From Scyliorhinus canicula (Eukaryota), in contig NC_052148.1 of the NCBI RefSeq assembly GCF_902713615.1, positions 250,429,212-250,493,211 of the forward strand: a DNA stretch of 64,000 nt. Reading direction: 5' to 3'. Below the pieces are notes generated by a model. It saw only the letters and a program-made list of their open reading frames with translations, did not search any database and had not been told where the DNA came from. Shown here piece after piece: positions 25,601 to 39,018 of this stretch; position 1 is the first letter of the stretch; each line of letters opens with the position of its first letter. Position numbers and translations under genes: made by a program.

Positions 25601-27328
25601 CCCCCACCTCCTTAAAACAATTTATGCATTGCTTCCACTGAAAGAGCTGAGAGACGAATTTTGAATGAATCCTACCATTGTAATATCAGGGCACTGGGGT
25701 CTTCAACACTGAAAAGAGGCTAATGAAATAAGAAAAAAAGTTAAATCCTGAGAGAGTTAGATGCTGTGATATGAATGAATTGGTGGAGTGGACTTAACGT
25801 TGCCATCTTTCTGTTCACTATATAGTTATGGACACTCATTATTTACATTTCATTTTTCAATTGTCTATATGGTTTCCTTCTGGTTTTCACTCCTTAGAAA
25901 GAGTTTTCTGCCAGGTAGCTCAATATCAGTGTCAATTAGGAAGGTATGTAATATAATGGGGCCCTTCAGTTTCCAATTCTGCATTCCCCCACCACACCCA
26001 TCCTTGCTAAACATTTATATATTAGCCCACCAGAAGACTAACGAGATTGACCTGAAAAAAGTTAGTAAGTTCAAGGAAAAGACACTTCTGTGATTGATAC
26101 ATGCAAGGTATCTGGTGGAGAAACAAGTATTGAACTGTTTGAGTCACAAGATCATCGTGTCTATGAATTTTAGAGTCAGAGAGCATCTGTTATTCTATCT
26201 GTGGATTATTTTGCCCCCTGTGGGTGAAGTCCTTCTAAAGAAATTTGTGGAGGTCATTAATTGCTCTGTGAGTTGCTGAAGCTTACATTTCCTGAGACAG
26301 ATGTGTTCCTCTTCCATTATGATTATTGTTTTTAAATGATTTATTTTTATTTGCTTTCAACATATAATGCTAGTTCAATATTTTATTCATTTCTGGCCTG
26401 TGCCAATCACTCATAGTAGTGGATTTGCATTTACCAAAATCACAAACTGCATGTATTACTGGACTCCCTGTCCAGCAGGATGGGGGAAAAACAATTATAA
26501 TACATTAAGTTGTTTAGTCAGTCGTAATTAAGATTCTCAACATTTAATGGGCAATATTAAATTATCAGCTGAGCATTTATAATCTGTGTTTGAAGCTGGA
26601 ATTTATCATGAATAATTAGAAGTTGGATAAATGCCAATTTACATTGGGTTACCTTGGAAACAACAACACTATGCTTAAAGATGAATTATCCAAGAACATA
26701 TTATAACTGAGGAATAATTCTCAATAATAGGGTGAAGATATTTCCAATCATCTTTCATCTTTGTTCTTCTAACTTACATTGTAATTAATTATAATTTTTG
26801 CATAGTAGATTTGTTTGGTAAATAAATTACCTCATGATCTATTACCATATTGAAGCAGATTACTTTGTTAATCCCTTAGGAACCAATTGGGGAAAAGCTG
26901 CCAAATAATAATGACAAATATTTGGTCATGTATTCTGCCCAAACTAAAACATAATTAGAGTTTCCTGCACTTGAGCATGTCCCTGGCAGTTATACTGAAA
27001 GATGTGGGGGACAGCTATGTGGGCTGCCAGGTATAATGATACTCTAGATGGTCATAGAGAGAATTTGTCATCAGCCTTTTCAAGATTACATCCAAATGTG
27101 CCATCACCTACATGAAGTTATATTGATTGTACTGCAGAGAAACAAGCCACTTGGCACAGCTGTTTTTTTCTGTTATTTCTGTTCAGAGGAGCCTACTCCA
27201 CCCGACTTGATCTAATTCTAACAGCATATAGTTCCATTCCATTCTCTCTGGTGGGCTAATTCAGCATCTCCCTAAATGCATCTATGCTATTTGCCTCAGC
27301 TACTTCTTGTGGTGGTAGCATATATCAT

Positions 27329-27687
27329 TGGCGGGATTCTCCGTAACCCGACGTCAAAATCGTGACCGGCGATTGGGCGGAGAATGGACTCCGACACCGG
27401 ATCCAGGGCAGGCACCGGTTTGATACTGGTTTGTAATGCTCCACCCCCTGCAAACCGGCGTCATTAGGATGCGCGTCACGCACAGTTGCAAGGCCATTGG
27501 TGCGTTATCGGCCGGCCCACCCATGATGCCCCGCCCTCGATGGGTTGAGTTCACAACGGCGTGGGCCACACGTGGTCTCAGCGGTTGGGAATGCGGTGTG
27601 CCAGCTGTGGACGGTGTCCAGCGCTGCACAGTCAACCAGGATCCTTGGCGCTGGCCAGGGAGCTTCTGCTGGGGCTGGGGGGACTGG

Positions 27688-27719
<32 letters not shown>

Positions 27720-28008
27720 AGGGGGTGGGCCGTGGGGTCAGGGTGGCCAGTTAGGTTTCCAGCATGACCGGCGCCATGTTTTTCAAAGCGACTGCTGCAG
27801 GCCGTCAGCCCTGTGCATGCGCGGCCCGGGACTCGGCCATTCTCCAGCTGCTTACCACACAATCCGCTGGTGGTTTAAGCGACGCCGGTGCTACCCCCTC
27901 ACCGGTACCAGAATCAATGAGGGGTTCACACTGATTTTCCTGTCGCAAACCACTCTTGAATACTCCGTTGGCGCCGGCACTTGGCTGCTGGAACAGAGAA
28001 TTCCACCC
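27329..28008. mobile_element. GC-rich non-autonomous DNA transposon (Harbinger-like) nested in CR1
   Basis: TIRs GGCGGGATTCTCC / AGAGAATTCCACCC, flanked on both sides by CAT (3-bp TSD). Confidence 0.7.
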
Positions 28009-30334
28009 CATATATTTGCCACTCTTTGGTAAATAGTTTCCCCTGAATTCCTCTTTGGAATTATTAGTGATTATGTTAAATGTTGAACTCTTTTTTGGAC
28101 TCCCCCACAAGTGGAAACATTTTCCTTTCGTCCACCCAGTCAAAGCCTTTCATTATCTCAAAGACATTGATTGGGTCACAGAACACCCTTCTAGAGAAGT
28201 ACTCCAGCCTGTTCAGTTCAGAGAAGTATATCTTTTTGTTTCTGGTATCGTCCATGTAAATCTTTCTTGCCCCACCTCAAAACCTTCTATATCTTGTTTA
28301 TAATATGGAGACTAGAACTCCACACAGTACTTTAAGTGTGATCTAACCAAGGTTCTGCACAACTTTAATATAACTTCACTTTTATCCCTTTAGAAAAGAA
28401 CCCCAGTGCTTGTCTTTTTTTAAGTGCTTTATTAACCTATATTGGGATATCTTGGGGTGCAGTTCATCGCATCCTTATATCTGAGCCAGAGCTCCGAGTA
28501 CAAGTCCTTCTCCAGGACTTCACGGCTGAGGAAGGTGCATTCATGGCATAGCCAAAGAGGCTGGGTGTCAACTTGTAAATCTTTTCTAATTTACGCCAAT
28601 GACAGGCGGTAAGAACAGGAGAGATTCTTGGTCAGCCTGTGATGGAAAGAAATTGGAGCGCTACCATCACTATCCATAGTTCAAGGTTACAAAATGCATG
28701 TAAAAGTATAGGTTGCAATACACAACAACTCAAACTCCTTGGGAGGGGGACAGGGGGTAATTGACTCAGTTGGGTGAACAGTTGATGTGGACCAAATTGG
28801 TGCCAACAACACAGGGTTTGATCCTTGTTCTGGAAAGGGTTGATTCGGATCCTGCTTCCTTGTCCTACCATTGGTGGAGGGTGTGGCACTGAGGATCAGA
28901 CCTGTCTTCAGGCAGAGACCTCAACAGTTATGAGTATCTGTAACCAGGATCCCTTTGCTCCTTTGCCCCATTCAGATTCTTATTATCCACAGGCTTGGCG
29001 GAGGCATATCTGCACTCAGGACAGCAGAACCGGAAGAAACTGTTTGGCTTAGGGACTTTGCATTCGCTAAATAAAATCCAAGCAGTGGGAGGCCCCTTTA
29101 TTCTTCCTAACAAAATGCACCACCTCACATTTATCTAAATTGAAATTCATCTGCCATGTACAGCGTGTTAATGTCTTAATATATTTTGCCACATTCTTCC
29201 ATTTGTTACAATTAAGGTTTAACTTTATTTTACACAAGGATATGCCCTTTCAAAATCGGAATGTATTTAACCTGTGAGTAATAAGGGGCCAATAAAACAA
29301 GGTTTGCTTGAATTAAAGAAAGAGCAAATGTATTTACTATAAACTGAAGAAAAAATAACAACGCACGCTAAGCATTGGGCATGATGTCATGCAAGTCCCA
29401 CACATACATGCACACAAACAAAGGCATACACAAACGCATTCACACCCTCACATGCATGCAAACACACACTCACACACACGCAGGTGTCAGAGATAAGCAA
29501 GTTCGAGCCCAATTAAAAAGGTAAACAAATATATGGTTAAGTATGCTTTGATTTCCTTGAGGTGTAGATTTTTAAAATGGTGGCTGGTTTAGGTTAGCTG
29601 GTTTCTTGGATGTGGTCAATTGTAGAGAGTTTTAAATTATTACGAGATCTCAGTTCACTGGTAGGTTTTGTCTCGCTGGCTTTTTGAATCGGATGATACA
29701 CACTTAATCCAAAGGAGAGAGCTGAAGAGAGCATATCTTTCAGCCGTTTCCTCTGCTGAAAACTTTCTTGCAATGTCCTGCAGTGGATGCAGCCTGGCTT
29801 TGAAATACCTCAGCCATTGTATATTTCCAATGGATTTTTGGATGGGTCTATCTGTGCAAGCCATGATTTCAATAGCCAACGGTTAGTATTTTGATGTTTC
29901 TTTCTTACACAGGTGGGTGGATGAATTATAGAAATTGTCTCCCTCTCCCTCTGTAATTCCATATCAGAAGTTTCCAGAAACTGGTCAACTGGCAATATCA
30001 GACAATAGACGACTTGTGGCAGCCACCTTTAGCCAGTGACTTCTCTTGTTGTTACAACTTCCTTTTTAAACAGTTCAGTACATGTTTGTTCAGCCAGTGA
30101 ATTTACAAATTGATCACTCATGCACAGTTACAAAATCGTGAGACATTGTATGAACTATTTTCCACTACCTCGTCAAGTTGTTTAATAAGGTTGGTAAAGT
30201 ATCAACCCTTTTGTAATCTGCTGACTATTCTATTACATTTTTGGTTACGAGGTGATTTCCTATTTATTCTTTGAGCAAATAATCTATTATCTTTCCTATC
30301 ATTGTCATTAATCTCATTGGAATATAGTTAATGG

Positions 30335-30705
30335 GTGGCATGATAGCACAGTGGTCAGCACTGTTGCTTCAAGTGCCAGGGACCCGGTTTTGGTTCCCGG
30401 CTCAGATCACTGTATGGTAACACAGTGGTTAGCACTGTTATTTCACAGCGCCAGAGACCTAAGTTCGATTCTCGGCTCAGGTCACTGTCTGTGCGGAGTC
30501 TGCACAGTCTCCTCATGTCTGCGTCGGTTTCCTCTGGGCGCTGCGGTTTCCTCCCACAAGTCCCAAAAGACGTACTGTCAGGTGATTTGGACATTCTCAA
30601 TTCTCCTTGTGTCCCCGAACAGGTGCAGAAGTATGCCAACTAGGGAATTTCACAGTAACTTAATTGCAGTGTTAATGTAAGCCTACTTGTGACACTAATA
30701 AATAT
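30335..30705 (+). mobile_element. V-SINE with duplicated tRNA-like head
   Basis: Two consecutive heads (30335-30415, 30416-30490), then V-core and the 6945-type tail. Confidence 0.8.
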
Positions 30706-33700
30706 TATCCTATCTTCCTGTTTAAACATAGGGAATACATTGGTTGTTTTCCAACGAATTGTTGCATATGAAATATTTGTGAAGTAGTGCCTCTACTCAT
30801 CTTTGTTCAGTTTTATGGATGCAATCCATTTGGGCCAGGTGATTTATCCTTTCTAAGTCTGATTAGTTCATCAGTTATCTTCCCTTACTTGCTCAAATTC
30901 CTTTATATCTTTTTTATTTATTTTTTAAATTTCTTGCCTGTTTGTCTCCAAGGTAAATACTGAATGAGGGAAGTAACTATTCAATATCTTTGCTATCTTG
31001 TTGTCATTGCCTATGGTTTATATTGTGCCTCCATTAGTAACTCTATCCTTATCCTGATTTTTCTTTTGTTATTTATGTCTGCAGAATACTTTATTTTCTT
31101 TTGAACTCCTCAAAAATGTTGTTTTCTATTAATTTCCTTGTCTTATTAGTTGTTTCCTAACCTTTTTATTCCCTTTTGCAGGGGCTGGTTTAGCACAATT
31201 GGCTAATCGCTGGCTTTTAAAACAGACCTAGGCAGGCCAGCAGCATGGTTCAATTCCCCTACCAGCCTCCCTGAACAGGCGCCGGAATGTGACGATTAGG
31301 GGCTTTTCACAGTAACTTAGAAGCCTACTCGTGACAATTTTTCATTCATTTTTTTTGCCGTCCTTTTCTTTACTGGCTTGTACGGGCCCTTCCTGTTGAT
31401 TCCCTTTTTTCCCCTTTGTTTATTTTTTGCTGTTATCATTTTGATCCATGGATGATTAATTTGCATAAATCGACCTTGGGAAATGAGGAACTCAAAAGTT
31501 ATAACTCAGAACACTTTGCCAGCCTTCGGACAGCAGAACTGAGACTTTTCGACACCCGAGAGATCGGAGGAACTCAGTTCGATTTGTTTGCTGGTGGCCA
31601 GTGAATTGGCCAAAGGGCTGTATTCTGCCCGGTAACAGGTGGTGATAGCTTCCTGCCTGAGTGGGATGATTTTCAGAGAGCCAGGGGAATGTTAGTAGGA
31701 TACCTGGACACCTGGAGGAAAGGACCACCTCTCTCTTTTCCCCTTGTTTTTTCTCTCCAGTAAAGCTCTACAGCTGCTGTATTTCTGAATGAATGTATAG
31801 TTTTCCATCTCCGAACTAAAAGCCTCGGTTGAAGAAAGATGTGCTAGAAACAAAGACTCTTATCTTTTTACTTCCATTATCTTTACCCCCCCCCCCCTAT
31901 GTATTTGTCTGTCTTGTGTGTGCATAGATGGTGGGGTGAGTTTAAGAGGTGGGGGGTTAGGAATTAGATAAGTTAACCTATTGTCTTTGCTGTATATTTA
32001 ATTATAGTTATTAATAAACTGCATTGTTTAAATTTATAAACCTGGTGACTGTAGTTATTGGGCAGCGAAGCACCAAAGACTGTGGGTGTTTTTCTAAGAA
32101 TATTTATTAATTACAATGGTGTTGTGACTCTGGGTCAAATGGGGCTGGAATTGACCGTGCAATGGCTCAGAGGCTCATATAAGGCTGTATAATTAGTGGA
32201 TGCCTTTAGCTTAAATGTTACCCATATCTCTTTATTCATTTAAAGTGCTTTATTCTTGGCTATTATGTTCTTGTTTTTTCATAGAATATATTTCAACTTA
32301 TCATCTTCTATAATTGACACTACTTGTCATTTTCTTTCTGTTTACTTTCACACGTTTCCTTCCCATCTCCTCAAAATTCATTTTTCCCCAATCTATTACT
32401 TTAGTCTGTGACCTACTTTCTCAATTATGATTCTAAATCTTATTGTTATGATCACTACTGCCTAATCCTACTTAACTATATTGCTTCGTTTTCCGTTAGT
32501 GTAATTGGCAATTTCTCTATTGTTGGACTTATGTACTCACAAGGAGCCCTAAACCCTAAAAACTCCACTTCCTTTTCTCTACTGCTTCTTACCAGTTTAT
32601 TTGGGTGTAGTTGATATTATTCTATATCTTTCCATCATTTCACAAACCCAGCAATTCTGTGCAATTTCATATTGTTTTACTGTGTACTTACTGTGAAAAG
32701 TAAATGTTCGACATATTAGGAATAAACAAGTCATCCATTTCTTCACAGCTCTGAGACATTGCTAATCCGCATAAACATGGGACTAAAATTGAGTTCTTCA
32801 AATGAGGGTTCTTGTCAATGCTTTACAGCTAATGTAGAATGTACAGTAATGCAGATGCCTATAAGTAAATATCTCCGCCTCACATGGAGCTCCATGAGAT
32901 TAGGAGGTTGGAAGCAGAGTCATGCATATTCAACACCACACACCATACTGATGGTGATGCAATTTGTTACTTAACATTCTATGATTTATTAGGTAATTCT
33001 GCATATGTTAAGCAAACAGAACCACAACTTCAAACTTTGTGATGATACACGAGGGGATTTTCTGCTCGTGTTTTCGTGGCGTGGGGTCAGCAGCAAGAAC
33101 GGGGAATCCCATGGCAGTCCCAAAAGCTTTTACACTGGTGTTCTGATAGTCCTTGCCTCCCGCCAATGACGTAATGAGAATCTCGACATTGAACACCGGG
33201 ACCTTTATTTGAATTAATTTAAATATCATAATCAGGTCATTACTTAGAATGTCCATTCACATTGGCCTGCGGGTACGTCGACATGAATTATGCCAGGTCC
33301 TTCACGATTTGCACCTGGTGAGCAGAACAAGTCGGAGATACACAGGTGAGTACGTCCCCCAGGGGGAGAGGATTATGCCCTTGACACTGACCCCTGGGAG
33401 GCAGTGCCCTGGGGGTATTCCATGTGGGAAAGGATTCTGTGAGGGCGGGGGGGGGATTGTTCTTTGGAGGGAGGGGTTCCGGGGGAGGGGAGGGGGGGGA
33501 TCTACCTATTTAAAAAAAAAATTGGAGCACCTTTTTAAAAATGCAGATTACATTTTTGTGAAATAAATATGGCTCTTCACACACAAATACACAATGCGTG
33601 GCATGCTCAGGCTGGCACACAGCAGCATGTTGGCTCTGTTACTGAATGAGAGGGTGCACCGCTTTCCAGATGTGACAATGGAGATCCTCCTGGGAAAATG

Positions 33701-34574
33701 TCCTTCATCTGTAGGGGGAAAAGATGTCATCTTGCCCTCCTGTCCCGCTCTCTTCTGGCTGTACGTGATGTTATGCCTGTCCTCATTCTTCATTCAGGTG
33801 AGGGGGCGCACCCGAGCAAGATGCCTTTACCAATCACTCCCTCTCTCTAGGTGGCTCCTATAAGGTGGAGTAGTACACCATTTATTCTTTTCAGGGGAAA
33901 GCCCTCAGGGAATTTCTGTATTCGCAAGCTGGTGAATTCTTGAAAGTGTTCCAGAAAATCCTCTTCACATCTCCAGCAGCAGGTGTGATAATCAAATGCC
34001 AAGAATCCCTTTAATTAGTGCTTGAAATTAACATCAACGCCTTTTTAAAAAATGTGGGCATCACTGGCTAAACTAGAATTTATTGCCCATCCCTAACTGC
34101 CTTCGAAAAGATGGTGGTGAGCTGCTTTAATGAACCCCTGCAGTTCATGCCGTGTCCAGGATTTTGACCGCGACAGTGAAGCAACGGCAATATATTTCCA
34201 ACTCAGGACAGTGAGTGGCTTGGAAGGGAACTTGCGGGTGGTGATGTTCCCATGCATCTGCCATCCTTCTCCTGCAAGCTGGTAGAGGTCACAGGCTTAG
34301 AAGGTGCTGCTGAAGGAGGCTTGGCGTGTTGCTGCAGTGCATTTTCCAAATGGTCCAGACTGTTGCCACTTTGCACTGGTGGTGGAGGAAATGAATGTTT
34401 AAATGGTCACTATTAGGAAAGAGTGTAGGTAAGTTCAAACACTAACTACCAAAATGCCATTCAGTCTCTTTAATCAGCACTGGCAGGCAATTTAAGTATC
34501 AACCAACTGTTTAACAGGTCTCCAGACGGCAATTCTCACCGTTGGCTGCATTCCCTTTAATAAGATGGTGTCTT

Positions 34575-34822
34575 GAAGACCGCTGGACGAGGCCAGATGG
34601 AAATGGGAGGATGAACTGGGGACAGAGGTGGGGTGGGGACTCTGGAGCGAAGCACTGAGCAGGGACAACTCCAGCTCCCCCTGCGCAAGGCTCAGCCTCA
34701 TGAAGTTCAAAGTGGTGCACAGAGCACACCTGACCAGAACTCGAATGAGCAGGTTCTTCCTGGAGGTGGAGGATAAATGTGAACGATGCCAGAGGGGCCC
34801 GGCCAACCACACCCACATGCCG
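34575..34822 (+). mobile_element. Isolated L1 ORF2 C-terminal fragment
   Basis: KVVHRAHLTRTRMSRFFLEVEDKCERCQRGPANHTHM, closely similar to 5370-5600. Confidence 0.85.
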
Positions 34823-35614
34823 CAAACTCAGCTTTAGACCCCATTTTTGTCATCCCTTTTGTATGTAAGGTATGCAGGGAAAATTGTTCTAAGCTGTTAA
34901 TTTTTCATGTTTAAAGTTTGTTTTACTATATGGTACAGAGAAATTCTGCAGTGGGTAGTGTCACTGTCTCCGAGGCAGAAAACTCTGGATTTGAGTCCTA
35001 CGCCAATACTTCACGTCCAGGAAGGTGCATTTTTAACACCGCCAAACAGGTTGATTGTCAACCTGCAAATCCTTCAGGACAATGGCAGGTAGTAAGAGAT
35101 TTCTGGTCAGTCATGTGATGGAATGAAAGTCGGAGCCTCTACCATTACTATCCATAGCTCCAAACTCAATATATCTAAAATGTGTGTTGCCACAGCAACT
35201 CAGGCTCCTTGAGTAATCTGTAACACACCACCATAGAGAAACTTACAACACAGTAAAGTAACATCATGTATTTTGAACTACAGCATAGTCTGTTACATAT
35301 TGTGCAATGCTACGTTATTGAATTAAATATCCTATCTGTAATCACTTCTTTGTTTAGCATTTACTAGTCTTTCAGATGTTCATTTTTCACCCTCCTTGTC
35401 ATAATACATAGCATTTCTGGAACGCTCCATCATACTTGACAGTCTTTTATGTTGCAGGTCTTGCTTTTATGAATGTATTCATGTAAATGTGTTCATGTAA
35501 GTTGCGTCAACTGAAAAAAACATTTTCTGTACAAAAATGTTTCCAGTGACATTGTTCCCCAAATTTCTATTCTGCAGATTGTACTACAAACACTATCCCA
35601 CATTAAAACAATGG

Positions 35615-36120
35615 CAAAATACTGCGGATGCTGGAAATCTGAACTGTAAACAGAAAACGCGGGAACATTCAGCACCTCAGGCAGCATCTGTGAAGAGAGA
35701 AACAGAGTTAGGATTTCAGGTTGATGACCTTTCACAGAAGAAGTGGAAGATGCTTGCAATGAACAAATTTAAGCAAATAGAGCCAGGGAAAAGAGGGCAG
35801 CAGACCCTGTGACTAGGACAAAAAGGAGGATTGATTAAATAAAAGAGATAAGATAGTAAAGCAAAAAAGAGATGATAATGGGGCAAACACAGGTCAGTCT
35901 AGAAGAGTTGCAAATGGTTCCAGAACATCCAAATGGAAACAGAAGCGGCAATTAAGATCCAAAGCTGTTCATTTAGGTCAGAAGGCAAGGCTGTAATCTG
36001 CCTAGTATAAAAGATGTGAGGCAGTTCCTCGGTCAAATGTTGAGCTTCATTGGAAGAAAGCGAAGGTGGGACAGGGCGTGGGACAAAGAATAAATGTGAC
36101 ATGCAGACTCAGTGGAGGTG
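35615..36120 (-). mobile_element. Penelope-like element fragment with a decayed hammerhead motif
   Basis: SSNEAQHLTEE GIY-YIG-like remnant and pLTR. The minus strand reads CTG-TGAAAGGTCATCAACCTGAAA at ~35712-35738. Confidence 0.65.
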
Positions 36121-36906
36121 TTCAGCAAAATGATCATCCATAGCTATGTTGCATTTATTGGACTGAGCAGCAATATTGAAAAAAATCAGCTAAAATGTCT
36201 CTAGTCATTCCAGCATTAATTTACAAGGTTGCTGAACTGATTGGAAAGAGCCCTAATATCTAATGACAGTTGTTTTATCATTGAGCCAGGCAGACTGGTC
36301 AATCATAAATAGAGCCCCAGGCTACCTTAGGCTTTTTAGCTCAAGTATTTACCAATACTGAGACTGAAGGGAGGGAGGGGGCTTATTTCACTTTGGAAAT
36401 TAGCGTAAAACGGGCAATATGGGATTAGAGCCTGTAATACATTTCTCCCAATATTCATTCCAATTATGACTCAGAGGTAGGTTGGCAGAAGTGCAAGTGA
36501 CGTTATCGCATTCCAACTTAAAGGCTCTTTTCAACCTACAGTGAGGGTATTACATGCTTCTCGAAAGGCAGGAGTAAAAATTATGGCTAGTTTACCACCC
36601 TCTCTGTCTCTCCACCATATCACATTCTCATTAGGCACAGGATTTTATCCTTTGCCCAAGCAAAGCTTTCAGCTACAAAATCATTTCATAAAATGGTTAA
36701 CGGTACACAAATAGAAGTGAATAAAATTAATCCTGAATGTTGAATGCATTGGTGTTGCAGAACTTGGATAAATACTTGAGAATTTTGACACAGTTGGAAT
36801 CATTTACTGACACAGCTGTAAATTACCGTGGATGTTGCAAATCTGAAATAAGCTCAGAAAATACAGAAAGCACACAGCGGCAACATCTATAGAGAGAAGC
36901 AGAGTT

Positions 36907-37096
36907 GGGATGGGATTCTCCGTCCCACCAGACCCATTTTCTGGCGCAGCACACCCCGCAGGCAGCGGGATCCTCCGTCCTGGCAGCCGGCCAATGGGGT
37001 TTCCCATTGCGGCAACCCCCACGCCATCGGGAAATCCGCGGGCCTGCGTCCGCTGCCGGAAAAGCGGAGGGTCCCGCCGACGGAGAATCCCGTCAC
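36907..37096. mobile_element. MITE inserted in a Penelope-like pLTR fragment
   Basis: TIRs GGGATTCTCCGTC / GACGGAGAATCCC, about 190 bp, same terminal motif as 27329-28008. Confidence 0.75.
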
Positions 37097-38855
37097 ATAT
37101 GTTTCAAGTCGGTATTATTAGAATGATGTACTGTTTTCTCTCTCCCCAGATGCTTACCTGAGCTGTTGGGTATTTACAGCATTTTCTGTTTTTATTTCTG
37201 ATAACTGGAAACATTGGCCTATATTTAGTGTAAGTGATGGGTGTTCCCTCCCCCACAACCCCCACCCACCCCTTAATAGTTTGAGAACCTGAGGAGACCT
37301 GCTTCACTCCCATGGGGGAGGGATGATGTGAATTAAGTGCCCACCGGTAAACTTGACAGGCTTCAAGAGGCATGGGAGAACTGTCCGTATCCCATTAAAT
37401 CCCTGAGTAACCATTACGTTCTGGTGGGCTCAGGGATAACTACTCATAAGTGTCTTATTCTTATTTTGATTCATTCAAGTGATGTGGACATCACTAGCTA
37501 GGCCAGCCTACCTCAATTGCCCTTGAGACGGTGGTGGCGAGCAGTTTTCTTTAACCACTGCAGTCCATGCAGTGTAGGTACACCCACAGCGGTGGAGGGA
37601 GTGAATGTTTATGAATGGGGTATAATCAAGCATGCTTCTTTCTCCTGGACACTTTCAAGCTTGAGTATTGTTGGAGCTGCACTCATCCACACAAAAGGAG
37701 AGTATTCCATCACAAGCCTGACTTGTGCCTTGTAGATGGTGGACAGACTTTGGGGAGCGAGGAGGTGAGTTACTCACTGCAGGATTCCTAGCCTCTGACC
37801 GAGTCTTGTAACCACAATATTTATATGGGTAGTCCAGTTGAATTTCTGGTCAATGGTAACCCATTGACATCCCACCACCATGGCAGGATTCCCATGTCAG
37901 GCCCTTCGCACCCTCAACTTAATTGGGAACAATTTTTCATCCACTGGGAGCCTGATGTGGCTACTCCTGCACAGTTATTGGGGCCACACCAAGCTACCCA
38001 TGTCTTGGTCCCAGGGGCAGACTTCCACAGTTCAGACTGGGGCCGTTTCCATGCCTCCCCCCTCCATCCTTTCCCCCCATTATGCTTGCTCCAATGAATT
38101 CCATTACATACCATGCCTTTTATGCAGCAAAGGTACATTAGTCCCAGTTCTAAGTAATCTCCCAGATAATGTGAATGTTAGGTAATTTCTGAAGGAACAA
38201 CCTTCTCTTCTCAACAGGCGGTTGTGAGCTATGTGTTGGTGAGACCACAGGGCACTGACTGGGGTCTGATGCTAGAATTTTCCTGATTCGTGGGGCAATA
38301 ATAATACATGACAATGGAAAGAAGTCAGAAATTATTGTTTTCTTTGGCAGGATTAATTCTCTCTTTTCTATTCCAATGTTTTTCATAATCATCCTGGATG
38401 TGGGGGAATTAGAAAATTCTGCCAAAATAGAGAGTGATGAGCCGTACAGTACCAGGCCTTGAGTGGTAAGTAATGAACCTAAAATAATTTCCAGAACTAA
38501 TGGCATAGATATAGACACCCTAATGTAATTAATTCAGTTGAAATACTCGTGTTTGGTTCATTGTTGCATAAAGACTTGGGCGTCTTCCAAGATTACAAAA
38601 ATGAGAGGCAAGAACAAAAGACTAACCTAATGTACCCATCAGATTCACATACTTTCTTGTACAGGATGAATGATTTGTTTCTATCTGATACCAATTAGCG
38701 TTAAATCATGTTTCAGTCCAGATGTTTGATGGGTAAAAAGTTTATATATAATGTCAAAGGTTATATTACATAGTCCTTCCAAAATCTCCTAATTTGCAAA
38801 TAGCTAATTTGAAAATGATCAATGAAGAGTCTGCTGAACGAGAAAAATAGGAGCC

Positions 38856-39018
38856 TCAAATATGAATACCAAGATTTGAGAGACAAGAACTGCAATGAAG
38901 ACAAGCTAACCACTTCTTGGTCCAAGGGGCGGACTTCCATAGTTCAGACTGGGGCTGTTTCCATTGCATTCCCATAACTGAACTCAAGCTGAAATCCTTG
39001 AAATATTCCAAGCGATGA
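38856..39018 (-). CDS. C4orf33: C4orf33 terminal coding exon, [53 protein letters not shown]
   Basis: Acceptor ttttctgtcttag|, phase 2, HxLEYFK...WKQPxSxLW motif, TGA at 38858-38856. The 3' end assumes no further splicing. Confidence 0.85.

Noticed and set aside
26210-26225. CTCF-like site CCCACAGGGGGCAA
   Set aside because: Several mismatches to the core consensus, so not distinguishable from chance.
38150-38518. 122-aa minus-strand ORF downstream of C4orf33
   Set aside because: No recognisable motif and a non-ATG start. Likely 3' UTR or intergenic chance ORF.
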